Positions 1 through 10,523 are shown, counted from the stretch's first letter. The stretch: 64,000 bases of DNA from Candidatus Cloacimonadales bacterium (GCA_963663475.2 CAXXJV010000001.1:2208001-2272000); one strand, 5' to 3'. The notes: generated from the letters alone by a model not told the origin. A program made the numbers and translations.

Positions 1-26
1 CAAAATAAAGCACAAGAGGAGAAATC

Positions 27-1331
27 TTGTTAAAAAAATATCATTTAATAAGTCTAGGTTGTCCTAAAAACTTAATCGATAGTGAAATATTTTCCTTCCT
101 TACAGAAGAAGCTAAATATTTACCAACTGAAGATAGTACCAAAGCTGATTTAATTATTATAAATACATGTGGATTTATAGTTTCAGCTAAAGAAGAAGGA
201 ATTGAAACTATTCTTGAAGCAATAAGAATGAAAGAAGAAGGAATATGTCAAACTCTTATAGTTACTGGATGTCTAGTTAAGAGGTATTTTGATGAACTAC
301 TAACAGAGTTCCCTGAAATAGATTTCTTAATCAATTTAAAAGATTTTAAAAAATTTGCACAAGTCTTAGGTTTAAAGGATTTTGCTTATAATAGAAAACT
401 AATGACTCCTAAACATTATGCTTATCTTAGGATAAGTGATGGATGTAATAACAATTGTACTTATTGTGCTATTCCCTTAATTCGAGGTAAATTAACCTCT
501 ATCCCTATGGAAGATGTTGTTGAAGAAGCAAAGAGACTTGCCAATCAGGGAGTTAAAGAGTTAATTATTACCGCCCAAGATACTAGTCAGTATGGAAGAG
601 ATATATATCCAGAAGGTAAGTTAATACAACTTCTTAAAAAAATATCTCAAGTTCCTGGAATACAGTGGATAAGATTACTCTATCTACATCCTGCTCATCT
701 AACGCATCAATTAATTGATGAAATTGCAGAGATACCCAAGATACTTCCATATTTTGATATACCATTTCAACATATTAGTGACAAGATTCTTAGAGGTATG
801 AATAGGAAGAAATTTAGTGAACATATTAATGATATTCTAGATTATTTAAGCAAGAGAATACCAAATTCAATGATTAGAACTACCTTCATTGTTGGTTTCC
901 CTGGTGAAGATAGACAGGATTATGAACAGATTAAGAGATTTATTAAAGAAAGAAGATTTGCTAGATTAGGAGTCTTTATTTATTCTCCAGAAGAAGATAC
1001 TCCAGCCTATGCTTTTACTGACCAAGTTCCTAAAAAAACAGCGACTAATCGCTATAATAAGCTAATGCAAATTCAACAAGATATATCAGCTGATATCATG
1101 GGATCATTTATTGGTAAGGAGATTGAGTGTATTATTGATAAGTTAGCTGAAGATGATGAGTATGATTATGAAGGAAGATCATGGTTTGATGCTCCAGATG
1201 TTGATGGAATGGTCTTTTTGACTGATAACAAGACACTAGGAAAGATTGGTGATATTGTTAAGGTTAAGATTACTGATGCTTGGGAGTATGACCTAATAGG
1301 AGAAGTTACCCAGGTCTTGTCTAGTAATTAA
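27..1331 (+). CDS. rimO: Ribosomal protein S12 methylthiotransferase RimO
   Basis: N-terminal SLGCPKN and NTCGF motifs, radical SAM CNNNCTYC, C-terminal TRAM domain with GRSWFDAPDVDG; TTG start after GAGGAG. Confidence 0.95.
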   Translation: MLKKYHLISLGCPKNLIDSEIFSFLTEEAKYLPTEDSTKADLIIINTCGFIVSAKEEGIETILEAIRMKEEGICQTLIVTGCLVKRYFDELLTEFPEIDFLINLKDFKKFAQVLGLKDFAYNRKLMTPKHYAYLRISDGCNNNCTYCAIPLIRGKLTSIPMEDVVEEAKRLANQGVKELIITAQDTSQYGRDIYPEGKLIQLLKKISQVPGIQWIRLLYLHPAHLTHQLIDEIAEIPKILPYFDIPFQHISDKILRGMNRKKFSEHINDILDYLSKRIPNSMIRTTFIVGFPGEDRQDYEQIKRFIKERRFARLGVFIYSPEEDTPAYAFTDQVPKKTATNRYNKLMQIQQDISADIMGSFIGKEIECIIDKLAEDDEYDYEGRSWFDAPDVDGMVFLTDNKTLGKIGDIVKVKITDAWEYDLIGEVTQVLSSN

Positions 1332-1390
1332 TTTTCTTGACATATTTTAATGGAAATTTTTTGCTATATTAAAATAAATACAGGTTATAG

Positions 1391-1693
1391 GTGATTAATA
1401 TGAATATAAAATTTAGAGATGTTTCTCAAGGTATAGTTTTAGCTAGAGCTGTTGTTGAAATAGCCCCAGGTATTTTCATTAATGAAATAACAATGTTACA
1501 TGACAAAATTAATGATGATATTAAGGTAGAATTTCCTACCAAAAGTTTTAAGGGCAAAGATGGCAGACCTCATCATATGAGCATTATTATGTTTTCTTCT
1601 GAAGATAAAAAGACACTTTTTGAGATAGAAATTAAAGAAGCATATAGGAAATGGAGGCAAGACACTAAGAAAGTATTAGTATATGAGTCTTAA
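1391..1693 (+). CDS. Small SpoVG-like protein (putative nucleic-acid binding)
   Basis: Pattern LARAVVEI-GIFINEITML-VEFPTK-DG...IKEAY parallels SpoVG (AIASITL-FVVHDIRVI-VAMPSK-DG...VLNEY); overlaps the hflX start. Confidence 0.55.
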   Translation: MINMNIKFRDVSQGIVLARAVVEIAPGIFINEITMLHDKINDDIKVEFPTKSFKGKDGRPHHMSIIMFSSEDKKTLFEIEIKEAYRKWRQDTKKVLVYES

Positions 1694-2987
1694 AGAAGAA
1701 AAAAAAGAATTAGAAAGGGTAGTAATTGTAGGGAGCTACCAAAAGAATTCAGACTATACTGAGTTTGAAGAACTGCTTGAAGAAACAATACTTTTATGTA
1801 AAACAGCTAATTTAGAAGTAATAGAAGTTTTCACTCAAGCTTTACCTAAATATAAGTCTGATACTTATATTGGTAAGGGTAAGTTAGAGGAAATTAATGA
1901 GTATTGTCAAGTATATCATATAAATAACTTGATATTTGTAGATAATCTAACCCCTTCTCAAGCTAGATATATTAGTGAATTTACTCGAGCTAATGTAGTA
2001 GATAGAACTGAGCTTATTCTCAGCATATTTGCTATGCATGCAAGAACTTCTATTGCTAAAATGCAGGTTGAACTTGCTCAGCTAGAGTACAATTATTCCA
2101 AGTTAAGAAATCTCTGGCAGCATTTTTCAAGAATTGTAGGTGGACTAGGAACAAAAGGTCCAGGTGAGAGCCAGCTTGAAATAGATAGAAGACTAGTTCA
2201 GAAGAGAATAAGTTTTTTAAAGAATAAAGTTGATAAATTAAAAAAAGTTACTCATGAACAGAGAAAAAATAGAGATACTTTTTTTAAGATTGCTTTAGTT
2301 GGGTACACAAATGCAGGTAAATCTACTCTTTTCAATACACTAACTAAATCAGAGATTTATGTAGCTGATGAACTTTTTGCTACTCTTGATTCAAAATCTA
2401 AGCTACTTTATAACAAGGCTGGAAAGATTATCATTACTGATACAGTTGGATTTATTAGAAATATTCCTACAAGTTTAGTTTCATCTTTCTATTCTACTTT
2501 AACTGATGTAGTAGATGCAGACTTACTTCTTCATGTTGTTGATGCTTCTAAACCAGGAATAGAAAGAAGAATCGAAGAAGTTAATAATGTAATTAAAGAT
2601 ATTCATGCCGAAGACATACCTGTTATTATGGTTTTTAACAAAGTTGATATTATTGAAGGATTATCTTCTAAGTTTCTCTTGAAAGGGATTAGTTTATCCT
2701 ACAAAAATTCTATCTTTATTTCGGCCAAAGAAAAAACTAATATATCTGCTATAAATGATATTATAAAAGAAGTTATATTAAGTAAAGAAGATAAAAAAAG
2801 AATAGAAATTCCTAAAGAATTAAAATCTTTAATCTCTTTTCTTGACAAAAAATACACTAGTTCTAAAAAATTGTATATAGATAAAAATAAGAGTTATGAG
2901 TATACCTTACATATATCAGATAATGAATATGAAGAGATTAAAAGGCAGGTAGATAAATACCATGAATTACAATTCATTAACTCGTAA
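1683..2987 (+). CDS. hflX: GTPase HflX
   Basis: DRTELILSIFA, GPGESQLEIDRR, GYTNAGKS, FATLD, DTVGFI and NKVD motifs. Confidence 0.96.
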   Translation: MSLKEEKKELERVVIVGSYQKNSDYTEFEELLEETILLCKTANLEVIEVFTQALPKYKSDTYIGKGKLEEINEYCQVYHINNLIFVDNLTPSQARYISEFTRANVVDRTELILSIFAMHARTSIAKMQVELAQLEYNYSKLRNLWQHFSRIVGGLGTKGPGESQLEIDRRLVQKRISFLKNKVDKLKKVTHEQRKNRDTFFKIALVGYTNAGKSTLFNTLTKSEIYVADELFATLDSKSKLLYNKAGKIIITDTVGFIRNIPTSLVSSFYSTLTDVVDADLLLHVVDASKPGIERRIEEVNNVIKDIHAEDIPVIMVFNKVDIIEGLSSKFLLKGISLSYKNSIFISAKEKTNISAINDIIKEVILSKEDKKRIEIPKELKSLISFLDKKYTSSKKLYIDKNKSYEYTLHISDNEYEEIKRQVDKYHELQFINS

Positions 2988-3014
2988 TTGTGACAAAAAC
3001 AAAAAATAAAATAA

Positions 3015-4247
3015 ATGGGGGAAATTATGATTAAAAATTTAGATTCCATTCTCTCAACTAATGTTAAGCGTATGAAACGTTCAGCTATTAGAGAATTGCT
3101 AAAGTTAGTCAATAATCCTGATATTATCTCTTTCGCAGGTGGTTTACCTGCTCCTGAATCATTTCCAGTTGAAGAGCTAAGAGATATTGCAATTGAAGTC
3201 TTAGAAAAAGATGGTACTCAAGTACTCCAATATGGAGCAACTGAAGGTGACCCACTTTTAAGAGAACAATTAGTGAAAATGTATGTGGAAGAAGGTCATG
3301 ATGTGACTGTTGATAATCTAATAATTACCACAGCTTCACAACAGGCTTTAGATTTAATTGCCAAAGTATTTATCTCTCCTGGTGATAAGGTTATTGTAGG
3401 ACTACCATCTTATCTAGGTGGATTAAGTGCATTCAATTCTTATGGTGCAGATATGATTGGTATCCCTTTAGATGAACAAGGAATGAGAGCTGATCTTTTA
3501 GAAGAAAAATTAGCTGAGTTAAAAACTATTAATCAGTTACCTAAATTTATCTATATTATCCCTGATTTCCAAAATCCTGCTGGTATCACAATGCCAGAGA
3601 GCAGAAGGATAGAAATCTTAGAAATTGCTCATAAATATGATATTCTTATTATTGAAGATTCTCCATACCGTGAATTAAGATTTGAAGGTAAGCATCAAAG
3701 AACAATGTATCAGTTAGATGGCACAGAACATGTTCTTCTTTTAGGTACTTTCTCTAAAATCTTTGCTCCTGGCTTCAGAATTGGTTGGGTTTTAGGTAAT
3801 CCTGATGTTCTAGATAAAATAGTTATAGCTAAACAAGCTACTGACCTTTGCACACCTCCTTTCACTCAAAGAATTGCTGCAAGATATTTAGAAAAAGGTT
3901 TATTAAAAGAAAATGTAAAGAAAATCATAAAAATGTATAGTGCTAAAAAAGATATAATGATGGATGCACTTGAAGCTAATATGCCAGAAGGTGTTACTTG
4001 GACAAAATCAGAAGGTGGTTTATTCACTATGATGACCTTACCAGAATATATCAATACTAATGAATTAATTAAAACTGCTATTCAAGAAGAGAATGTAGCC
4101 TTTGTTGCTGGTTCTTCTTTCTTCTGCGATGGTAGTGGAACTAATACATTAAGACTAAACTTCTCATATGCTACTGAAGAAAAGAATTTAGAGGGTGTAA
4201 GAAGATTAGCTAATGTTATCAAAAAAGAAATCAATAAACATAAATAA
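3015..4247 (+). CDS. PLP-dependent class I/II aminotransferase (Aro8/LysN-like)
   Basis: ISFAGGLP, PDFQNPAG, EDSPY and TFSKIFAPGFRIGW (PLP lysine); true start may be 3027. Confidence 0.9.
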   Translation: MGEIMIKNLDSILSTNVKRMKRSAIRELLKLVNNPDIISFAGGLPAPESFPVEELRDIAIEVLEKDGTQVLQYGATEGDPLLREQLVKMYVEEGHDVTVDNLIITTASQQALDLIAKVFISPGDKVIVGLPSYLGGLSAFNSYGADMIGIPLDEQGMRADLLEEKLAELKTINQLPKFIYIIPDFQNPAGITMPESRRIEILEIAHKYDILIIEDSPYRELRFEGKHQRTMYQLDGTEHVLLLGTFSKIFAPGFRIGWVLGNPDVLDKIVIAKQATDLCTPPFTQRIAARYLEKGLLKENVKKIIKMYSAKKDIMMDALEANMPEGVTWTKSEGGLFTMMTLPEYINTNELIKTAIQEENVAFVAGSSFFCDGSGTNTLRLNFSYATEEKNLEGVRRLANVIKKEINKHK

Positions 4248-4259
4248 AGGAGTCGTGCT

Positions 4260-4463
4260 ATGGCAAGAATGACAGTCAATCCTAAATATTGTAAGGGTTG
4301 TGGACTATGTATTGCTGCGTGCCCTAAGAAGATCATCAGATTTTCTGTGAATATTAATGAGAAAGGTTATAACTATGCTGAATGTTTTGATCAAGAAGCA
4401 TGTATTGCCTGTAAACTATGCTACACAACTTGTCCTGATGTAGCGATAACTATCGAAAAATAA
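4260..4463 (+). CDS. 2x[4Fe-4S] ferredoxin, delta subunit of 2-oxoacid:ferredoxin oxidoreductase
   Basis: Two CxxCxxCxxxCP motifs; first gene of the oxidoreductase cluster. Confidence 0.9.
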   Translation: MARMTVNPKYCKGCGLCIAACPKKIIRFSVNINEKGYNYAECFDQEACIACKLCYTTCPDVAITIEK

Positions 4464-4473
4464 GGAGAAGATA

Positions 4474-5553
4474 ATGGCAAAAGTCTTAATGAAAGGTAAT
4501 GAAGCAGTAGCTGAAGCTGCAATCAGATCTGGTTGTAGATTATATTTTGCTTACCCTATAACTCCTCAAAGTGAGTTGATTGAATATATGTCAAGAATGC
4601 TTCCAAAAGTAAATGGAACATTTCTACAAGCTGAGAGTGAAGTAGCTGCAATAAACATGGTTTATGGAGCAGCTGGTACAGGTAAAAGAGTTATGACCTC
4701 TTCTTCTTCTCCTGGAATTTCACTTAAGATGGAAGGAATTTCCTATATTGCTGGTGCTAATCTACCTGCAGTTATAGTGAATGTTCAACGTGGTGGACCT
4801 GGTTTAGGTGATATCCAGCCAGCACAGGGTGACTATTTCCAAGCTACAAAAGGTGGTGGACATGGAGATTATCATACAATCGTTTTAGCTCCTGCTTCTG
4901 TTCAAGAGTTTGCTGATATGGCAAGTGAAGCTTTTGAATTAGCAGATACATATAGAATACCAGTTATGATTCTTTCTGATGGTATGTTAGGTCAAATGAT
5001 GGAACCTGTTGAGTTTAAAGATCCTGCAACTGATGAAGAAATTGAAAAGATGAATAATCGTCATAAAGATTGGTGTATTCATCCAAAAGAAGAAGGTGAA
5101 GCTCCTCATCATAATGAAATCAACTCATTAGAAATTGACCCAAGTGTTTTAGAAAAGCACGTTGAAGATTTAGATAAGAAGTATAAACTTATTGAATCTA
5201 AAGAAATCAAAGTTGAAGAATATAACATTAATGATGATAATGAAATTGTTTGTGTTGCTTTTGGTACTGCTTCCAGAATAGTAAGATCAGCTGTTGACCA
5301 ACTTAATGCTCAAGGTAGAAATATTGGTTTGATCAGACCTATTACAGTTTGGCCTTATCCTTATGCAACTATTGCAAATGCTTTACATGACAAAGTTAAG
5401 AAGGTTATGGTTTTCGAACTTAACTTAGGTCAAATGGTTGAAGATGTAAAACTCGCAGTTAATGGAAAAATACCAGTAGAATTCTTTGGTAAAGTTGGTG
5501 GAATAGTCTTCACACCTGAAGAAATTAAAGCAAAAATCGAAGAAAACTTATAG
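4474..5553 (+). CDS. vorB: 2-oxoacid:ferredoxin oxidoreductase alpha subunit (2-ketoisovalerate/VorB-type)
   Basis: MKGNEA, YPITPQSE, TSSSSPG and QRGGPGLG...ATKGGGHGDY motifs typical of the VorB family. Confidence 0.88.
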   Translation: MAKVLMKGNEAVAEAAIRSGCRLYFAYPITPQSELIEYMSRMLPKVNGTFLQAESEVAAINMVYGAAGTGKRVMTSSSSPGISLKMEGISYIAGANLPAVIVNVQRGGPGLGDIQPAQGDYFQATKGGGHGDYHTIVLAPASVQEFADMASEAFELADTYRIPVMILSDGMLGQMMEPVEFKDPATDEEIEKMNNRHKDWCIHPKEEGEAPHHNEINSLEIDPSVLEKHVEDLDKKYKLIESKEIKVEEYNINDDNEIVCVAFGTASRIVRSAVDQLNAQGRNIGLIRPITVWPYPYATIANALHDKVKKVMVFELNLGQMVEDVKLAVNGKIPVEFFGKVGGIVFTPEEIKAKIEENL

Positions 5554-5561
5554 GAGTTAAA

Positions 5562-6305
5562 ATGCAAGTAATCGCAACAAGACCTAAATCATTAACTGAT
5601 TTACAATTTACTTACTGTCCAGGCTGTCTTCATGGTGTTGCACACAGATTGATAGCCGAAGCTATAGATGAATTAGAAATTCAAGATACTGCTACTGGCG
5701 TAGCACCAGTTGGTTGTTCTGTCTTTGCTTACAAATTCTTTGATATGGATATGGCTGAAGCTGCTCATGGTAGAGCTCCTGCTGTTGCAACAGGAATTAA
5801 AAGAGCTAGACCTGAAATGCAAGTTTTCACTTATCAAGGTGATGGAGACTTAGCTGCAATTGGTACTGCTGAGATTGTTCATGCTGCTAATAGAGGCGAA
5901 AACATTTCAGTATTCTTTGTTAATAATGCTATTTATGGTATGACTGGTGGTCAAATGGCCCCAACAACTCTACCAGAAATGAAAACAACTACTTCACCAT
6001 ACGGAAGAAAGACAGATGATGTTGGTTTCCCAATAAAAGTATGTGAATTGTTGAACACATTAGAAGCACCATATTACATAGAAAGAGTATCATTACTTTC
6101 ACCAGCTGATATTTTAAAAGCAAAAAAAGCAGTGAAAAAAGCTCTTCAATATAATAAAGAAGGAAAAGGATTTACTATTGTAGAATTACTCTCTACATGT
6201 CCTACAAACTGGGGTATGACTGCTATTGATTCTTTAAAATGGGCTAGAGAAAAGATGCTTCCTTACTTCCCTGTTGGCAAGTTAAGAGATAGAGGGGAGG
6301 AGTAG
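5562..6305 (+). CDS. 2-oxoacid:ferredoxin oxidoreductase beta (TPP-binding) subunit
   Basis: YCPGCLHG, HGRAPA and GDGD...NNAIYGMTGGQ TPP-binding motif. Confidence 0.9.
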   Translation: MQVIATRPKSLTDLQFTYCPGCLHGVAHRLIAEAIDELEIQDTATGVAPVGCSVFAYKFFDMDMAEAAHGRAPAVATGIKRARPEMQVFTYQGDGDLAAIGTAEIVHAANRGENISVFFVNNAIYGMTGGQMAPTTLPEMKTTTSPYGRKTDDVGFPIKVCELLNTLEAPYYIERVSLLSPADILKAKKAVKKALQYNKEGKGFTIVELLSTCPTNWGMTAIDSLKWAREKMLPYFPVGKLRDRGEE

Positions 6306-6307
6306 TC

Positions 6308-6844
6308 ATGATGTATGAAATTATTAGCTCTGGATTTGGTGGTCAAGGTGCCTTAACTATTGGTAAATTTTTAGCAAAGGCAGGTATGAAAGAAGGTAAG
6401 CATGTTTCTTGGTTACCATCATATGGACCTGAGATGCGTGGTGGTACAGCTAACGTTTCTGCTGTTATTTCAGAGACACCAGTTGCTTCACCAATAGTAA
6501 CTTTCCCTAATGTATTAGTTGCTCTCAACCAACCATCATTAGATAAATTTGCTGCTAATGTTGTTCAAGGTGGATTCATTATTGCAAATGAAGATCTTTG
6601 TCCTAATATTCCTACATTTGAAGGAGTAAAAACAGTATCAGCTCCTTTATCAAAATTAGCTACTGAAATAGGAAGCGATAAAGTGCTTAATATGTTAGCT
6701 ATAGGTATGGTAATAGGTTTAACTGATATGATAAAGTATGAAACAATTGAAGAAGATTTAACTGCCTTCTTACAAAAGAAAAATCCTGAATTGTTAAAGA
6801 TGAATCTAATTGCAATTCAAAAAGGAATTGAGTTAGTAAAATAA
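6308..6844 (+). CDS. 2-oxoacid:ferredoxin oxidoreductase gamma subunit
   Basis: GFGGQG and PSYGPEMRGG motifs. Confidence 0.9.
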   Translation: MMYEIISSGFGGQGALTIGKFLAKAGMKEGKHVSWLPSYGPEMRGGTANVSAVISETPVASPIVTFPNVLVALNQPSLDKFAANVVQGGFIIANEDLCPNIPTFEGVKTVSAPLSKLATEIGSDKVLNMLAIGMVIGLTDMIKYETIEEDLTAFLQKKNPELLKMNLIAIQKGIELVK

Positions 6845-6855
6845 CTTAATAGATT

Positions 6856-6893
6856 AAGAGAGAGATTGAGTTTATCCCAGTCTCTCTTTTTTT
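6856..6893 (+). terminator. Intrinsic terminator of the aminotransferase-VOR operon
   Basis: AAGAGAGAGATTG / CAGTCTCTCTTTT stem followed by a T run just after the stop codon. Confidence 0.75.
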
Positions 6894-7032
6894 GTTTATT
6901 ATTTTAGCATATTGCAACCACATAAATAATAATCTTGTCTTAAGATATCAGTAAAAAAATAGTATAAAATCTTAAAGACGCTTGACAAATATATAAGTTT
7001 GAAAAAAATAAAAATAAAACCACTGGAGAAAA

Positions 7033-7836
7033 ATGAAAAAAAGAGCGATTGGTATTTTTGATTCAGGTGTTGGCGGCCTTACTGTATTTAAATCAATCAG
7101 ACAACACTTTCCCAATGAAGATATTATCTATTTTGGAGATACTGCAAGAGTCCCTTATGGTCCTAAATCTAAAAATACTGTAATTAATTATTCTATTCAA
7201 AATACCAGATTTTTAATTCAGCAAAATATTAAATTATTAATTATTGCTTGCAATACTTCCTCAGCAGTTGCCATTCCTCATCTCCAGAAAATGACCAAGC
7301 TGCCTGTTATTGGTGTGATTATACCTGGGGCAGAAGAGGCTATTTCTTTAACTAAAACAGGTAAAATTGGTATTATCGGAACTGAAGGTACAATCAATAG
7401 CCAAGCTTATCAAAAGGAATTGCTAAGATTAAATAAATCTTTAAATATTACTTCTCATGCATGTCCTCTTTTTGTATCTTTGGTAGAAGAAGGTTGGTTG
7501 AATAAAGATGTAACTGATTTAGTAATCCAGGACTATTTAACTAAATTCAAAGATGAGGATATTGACACATTAATCCTAGGATGTACCCATTATCCAGTAC
7601 TAAAACCTGCAATAGATAAATTTTTTAAGGGAAAGGTAAATTTAGTTGATAGCTCTCTTGCTATCATCAAACATATTAATAGACATATTCCAAAATCTGC
7701 AAGTCAAACTGGACAAGACCTTTTTTATGTAAGTGATAATGAAGACAAGTTTGTTAAAATTGCTAATATGATTCTGGAGAAAAAAGTATCTAACTTGAAG
7801 AAAGTCAATCTTGGTGAAAGCTGGTTTGTTGAATAA
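7033..7836 (+). CDS. murI: Glutamate racemase
   Basis: FDSGVGG, ACNTSS and LGCTHY catalytic motifs. Confidence 0.96.
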   Translation: MKKRAIGIFDSGVGGLTVFKSIRQHFPNEDIIYFGDTARVPYGPKSKNTVINYSIQNTRFLIQQNIKLLIIACNTSSAVAIPHLQKMTKLPVIGVIIPGAEEAISLTKTGKIGIIGTEGTINSQAYQKELLRLNKSLNITSHACPLFVSLVEEGWLNKDVTDLVIQDYLTKFKDEDIDTLILGCTHYPVLKPAIDKFFKGKVNLVDSSLAIIKHINRHIPKSASQTGQDLFYVSDNEDKFVKIANMILEKKVSNLKKVNLGESWFVE

Positions 7837-8897
7837 TGGAAATGCAAGAACTTTATAAATATCTTATTCAAGATTATCTTAAAATATCTTCTGAGCAAAT
7901 TGTTGTACTTTCAGGTCTTATAGATCCACAAGATAATAGCCACACATCAGATATTTCTCATCTTGAAGAATTAGCTTTAATTATTAGAAATCAAGGAGCT
8001 TTTCCTTCTTTAGACCTCTCTTCTAAGTCTCTTAAATTGAGAATATTAGCAGAAACTCCTGAAGAAAAGTATTTCGTACCAACTGACTACTACTTGAACT
8101 GGGTTAAGCTCATTGATGTTATTATCGATTTAAGTTTTCCTGAAATTAGGAATATTTTTACTGATAATCTTTTTACTGCACAAAAGAAAGACTTGATTAA
8201 TAAGTCCTTGCATACAATTTATAAGAATATGTTAATTGCTGAAAAGACAGTACTCTTACCAAATTTCCCTAAAAAATCAATAGCAGATTATTATAATATT
8301 GACTTAAGTGTTTTAGAAGATTTCTATAAATCAACTTTTGAATCAATTGACAAAAAGATGAATGCTAAAGGGAGTAAAATATTGAATCGACTGCTCCCTG
8401 CTACTGCTTATTATATTAAAGATAAAGAGGATGATAGTAAAAAATTAAAAATAACTATTTCCGATCAACAAAGTTACTTCATTACTAATAAAATAAATAA
8501 TTTTTATACTGTACTTCCCTATGGATATGTGGCTTTTACGGTCGATAAAAACCAGCTTGATGGTACAATTAAAGCTGAGAAACTCTACTATAAAGATACC
8601 TGTATAGATGCAGTTGAAATAACTTTTTCTTATGGTAATATTGTCTCAATTCAATTTCCAGAAAACAAGTCAATTTCAGAAATACTTAAAGTAGGTATGA
8701 TTAATAGTAAAGAAAGAGTTGAATTTTTTATAGGGGTAAACAATGGAGTAACTGCTCATTGTAATTATAACTATTATGACCGCTGTATTGATAATAATTT
8801 TAGTCTTGTCTTTTATGACGAGCTTAATCATACTATTGAAATCAGCTCAAGTTGTGTAGAATTAACTAATCTAAACATGAAAAATATTTTATTATAA
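7836..8897 (+). CDS. Hypothetical protein resembling a degenerate M29 aminopeptidase
   Basis: LPYGYVAF...DGTI...ITFSYGNIV...EFFIGVN...YDRCI echoes M29 segments (LPxGEVF, EGxI, LxFxxGxVV, GEFGIGxN, DEK); several metal ligands are changed. Confidence 0.5.
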   Translation: MEMQELYKYLIQDYLKISSEQIVVLSGLIDPQDNSHTSDISHLEELALIIRNQGAFPSLDLSSKSLKLRILAETPEEKYFVPTDYYLNWVKLIDVIIDLSFPEIRNIFTDNLFTAQKKDLINKSLHTIYKNMLIAEKTVLLPNFPKKSIADYYNIDLSVLEDFYKSTFESIDKKMNAKGSKILNRLLPATAYYIKDKEDDSKKLKITISDQQSYFITNKINNFYTVLPYGYVAFTVDKNQLDGTIKAEKLYYKDTCIDAVEITFSYGNIVSIQFPENKSISEILKVGMINSKERVEFFIGVNNGVTAHCNYNYYDRCIDNNFSLVFYDELNHTIEISSSCVELTNLNMKNILL

Positions 8898-8908
8898 AAG
8901 GAAAAAAA

Positions 8909-10516
8909 ATGGCAAAGCATATTTTTGTTATGGGTGGGGTGTTATCATCCCTTGGAAAAGGAATAGCTGCAGCTTCAATTGGACTCCTCTTAAAGAAAAT
9001 GGGCTACAATGTTGGGCTTCAAAAAATGGATCCCTATTTAAACGTTGACCCTGGAACTATGAGTCCTTATCAGCATGGTGAAGTTTTTGTTACTGATGAT
9101 GGAGCAGAAACTGATTTAGATTTAGGACATTATGAAAGATTTATTGATGTATCACTTTCAAAACTTTCTAGTGTTTCCTCAGGTCAAATTTATGAATCAG
9201 TGATTAAAAAAGAACGTAGGGGAGACTACTTAGGTAAGACAGTTCAGGTTATTCCTCATGTTACTAATGAAATTATATCCAAGGTTAAACAAATAGGGGA
9301 GATGTATGACGTTGTTATTACCGAGATAGGTGGAACTGTTGGTGATATTGAATCTCTCCCATTTCTAGAAGCAATTCGACAGTTTAGGATGGAAGTAGGT
9401 TCTGAAAACTCTTTATTTGTTCTTTTAACTTATGTACCATTTATCAAATCAGCAGGGGAGTTAAAAACAAAACCAACTCAACATAGTGCAATAAAACTCA
9501 GAGAAATTGGAATTCAACCAGATATTTTGCTTTGTAGATCTGAAAAAGCTTTCTCACAAGATATAATCAGTAAAATATCTTTATTCACAAATGTTCCATT
9601 AAAATCAGTAGTTAATGCTATAGATGTAAAATCTGTATTTAGTGTTCCTAGAAACTATTTTGTTGAAGGACTACACTCTACTATTTGTAATCAGCTAAGA
9701 CTTGAATGTCGAGATATTGATTTTACTGAACTTGATAATTATTTAAAGAGAATTCAAGCTCTTGAATCCGAAGTAACAATAGCAGTTTGTGGCAAATATG
9801 TTCAACACCAAGATGCATATAAATCTGTTGAACAGGCAATCATACATGCTGGTATTGCTAATGGGATTGATGTAAAAATTGAATGGATTGATTCTGAAAC
9901 AAGTTTTGATACTGAAAACCAAAAAGAAAAATTTAAAAAGATAGATGGGATTCTCATACCTGGTGGGTTTGGCTTAAGAGGTATTGAAGGTAAAGTTAAT
10001 ATAGTAAAATACGCAAGAGAAAATAATATTCCTTTCTTTGGTATCTGTTTAGGTATGCAAGTAGCAGTTATAGAATTTGCTAGAAACATCTGCAATATCA
10101 AAGATGCGTTCTCATCTGAGTTTGATAATTCTTGTGAAAATCCTGTCATCCACCTCATGGATGATCAAACTTATATTGATAAAATGGGGGGAACTATGAG
10201 ATTAGGAGCTTTCCCTTGTAAAGTGGAAGAAAATACTTTAGTTTGGGATGCTTACAAATCTAGTGAAATATCAGAAAGGCATAGACATCGCTATGAATTT
10301 AATAATGCCTATCGGGAAATTATGCAAGAGAATGGACTTGTAATATCAGGTACTTCACCAGATGAACTACTTGTCGAAATCATAGAGTATCCAAAAAATG
10401 ATTTCTTTGTAGCTGTGCAATTTCATCCAGAATTTTTATCACGTCCATTAAGACCACATCCAATTTTTTCTAGTTTCATAAAAGCTGCAGCTGAGAAAAA
10501 GAAGAAAAATAAATAA
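8909..10516 (+). CDS. pyrG: CTP synthase
   Basis: GGVLSSLGKG, DPYLNVDPGTMSP, GICLGMQ, ERHRHRYE and QFHPE motifs. Confidence 0.98.
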   Translation: MAKHIFVMGGVLSSLGKGIAAASIGLLLKKMGYNVGLQKMDPYLNVDPGTMSPYQHGEVFVTDDGAETDLDLGHYERFIDVSLSKLSSVSSGQIYESVIKKERRGDYLGKTVQVIPHVTNEIISKVKQIGEMYDVVITEIGGTVGDIESLPFLEAIRQFRMEVGSENSLFVLLTYVPFIKSAGELKTKPTQHSAIKLREIGIQPDILLCRSEKAFSQDIISKISLFTNVPLKSVVNAIDVKSVFSVPRNYFVEGLHSTICNQLRLECRDIDFTELDNYLKRIQALESEVTIAVCGKYVQHQDAYKSVEQAIIHAGIANGIDVKIEWIDSETSFDTENQKEKFKKIDGILIPGGFGLRGIEGKVNIVKYARENNIPFFGICLGMQVAVIEFARNICNIKDAFSSEFDNSCENPVIHLMDDQTYIDKMGGTMRLGAFPCKVEENTLVWDAYKSSEISERHRHRYEFNNAYREIMQENGLVISGTSPDELLVEIIEYPKNDFFVAVQFHPEFLSRPLRPHPIFSSFIKAAAEKKKKNK

Positions 10517-10523
10517 ACAATAT

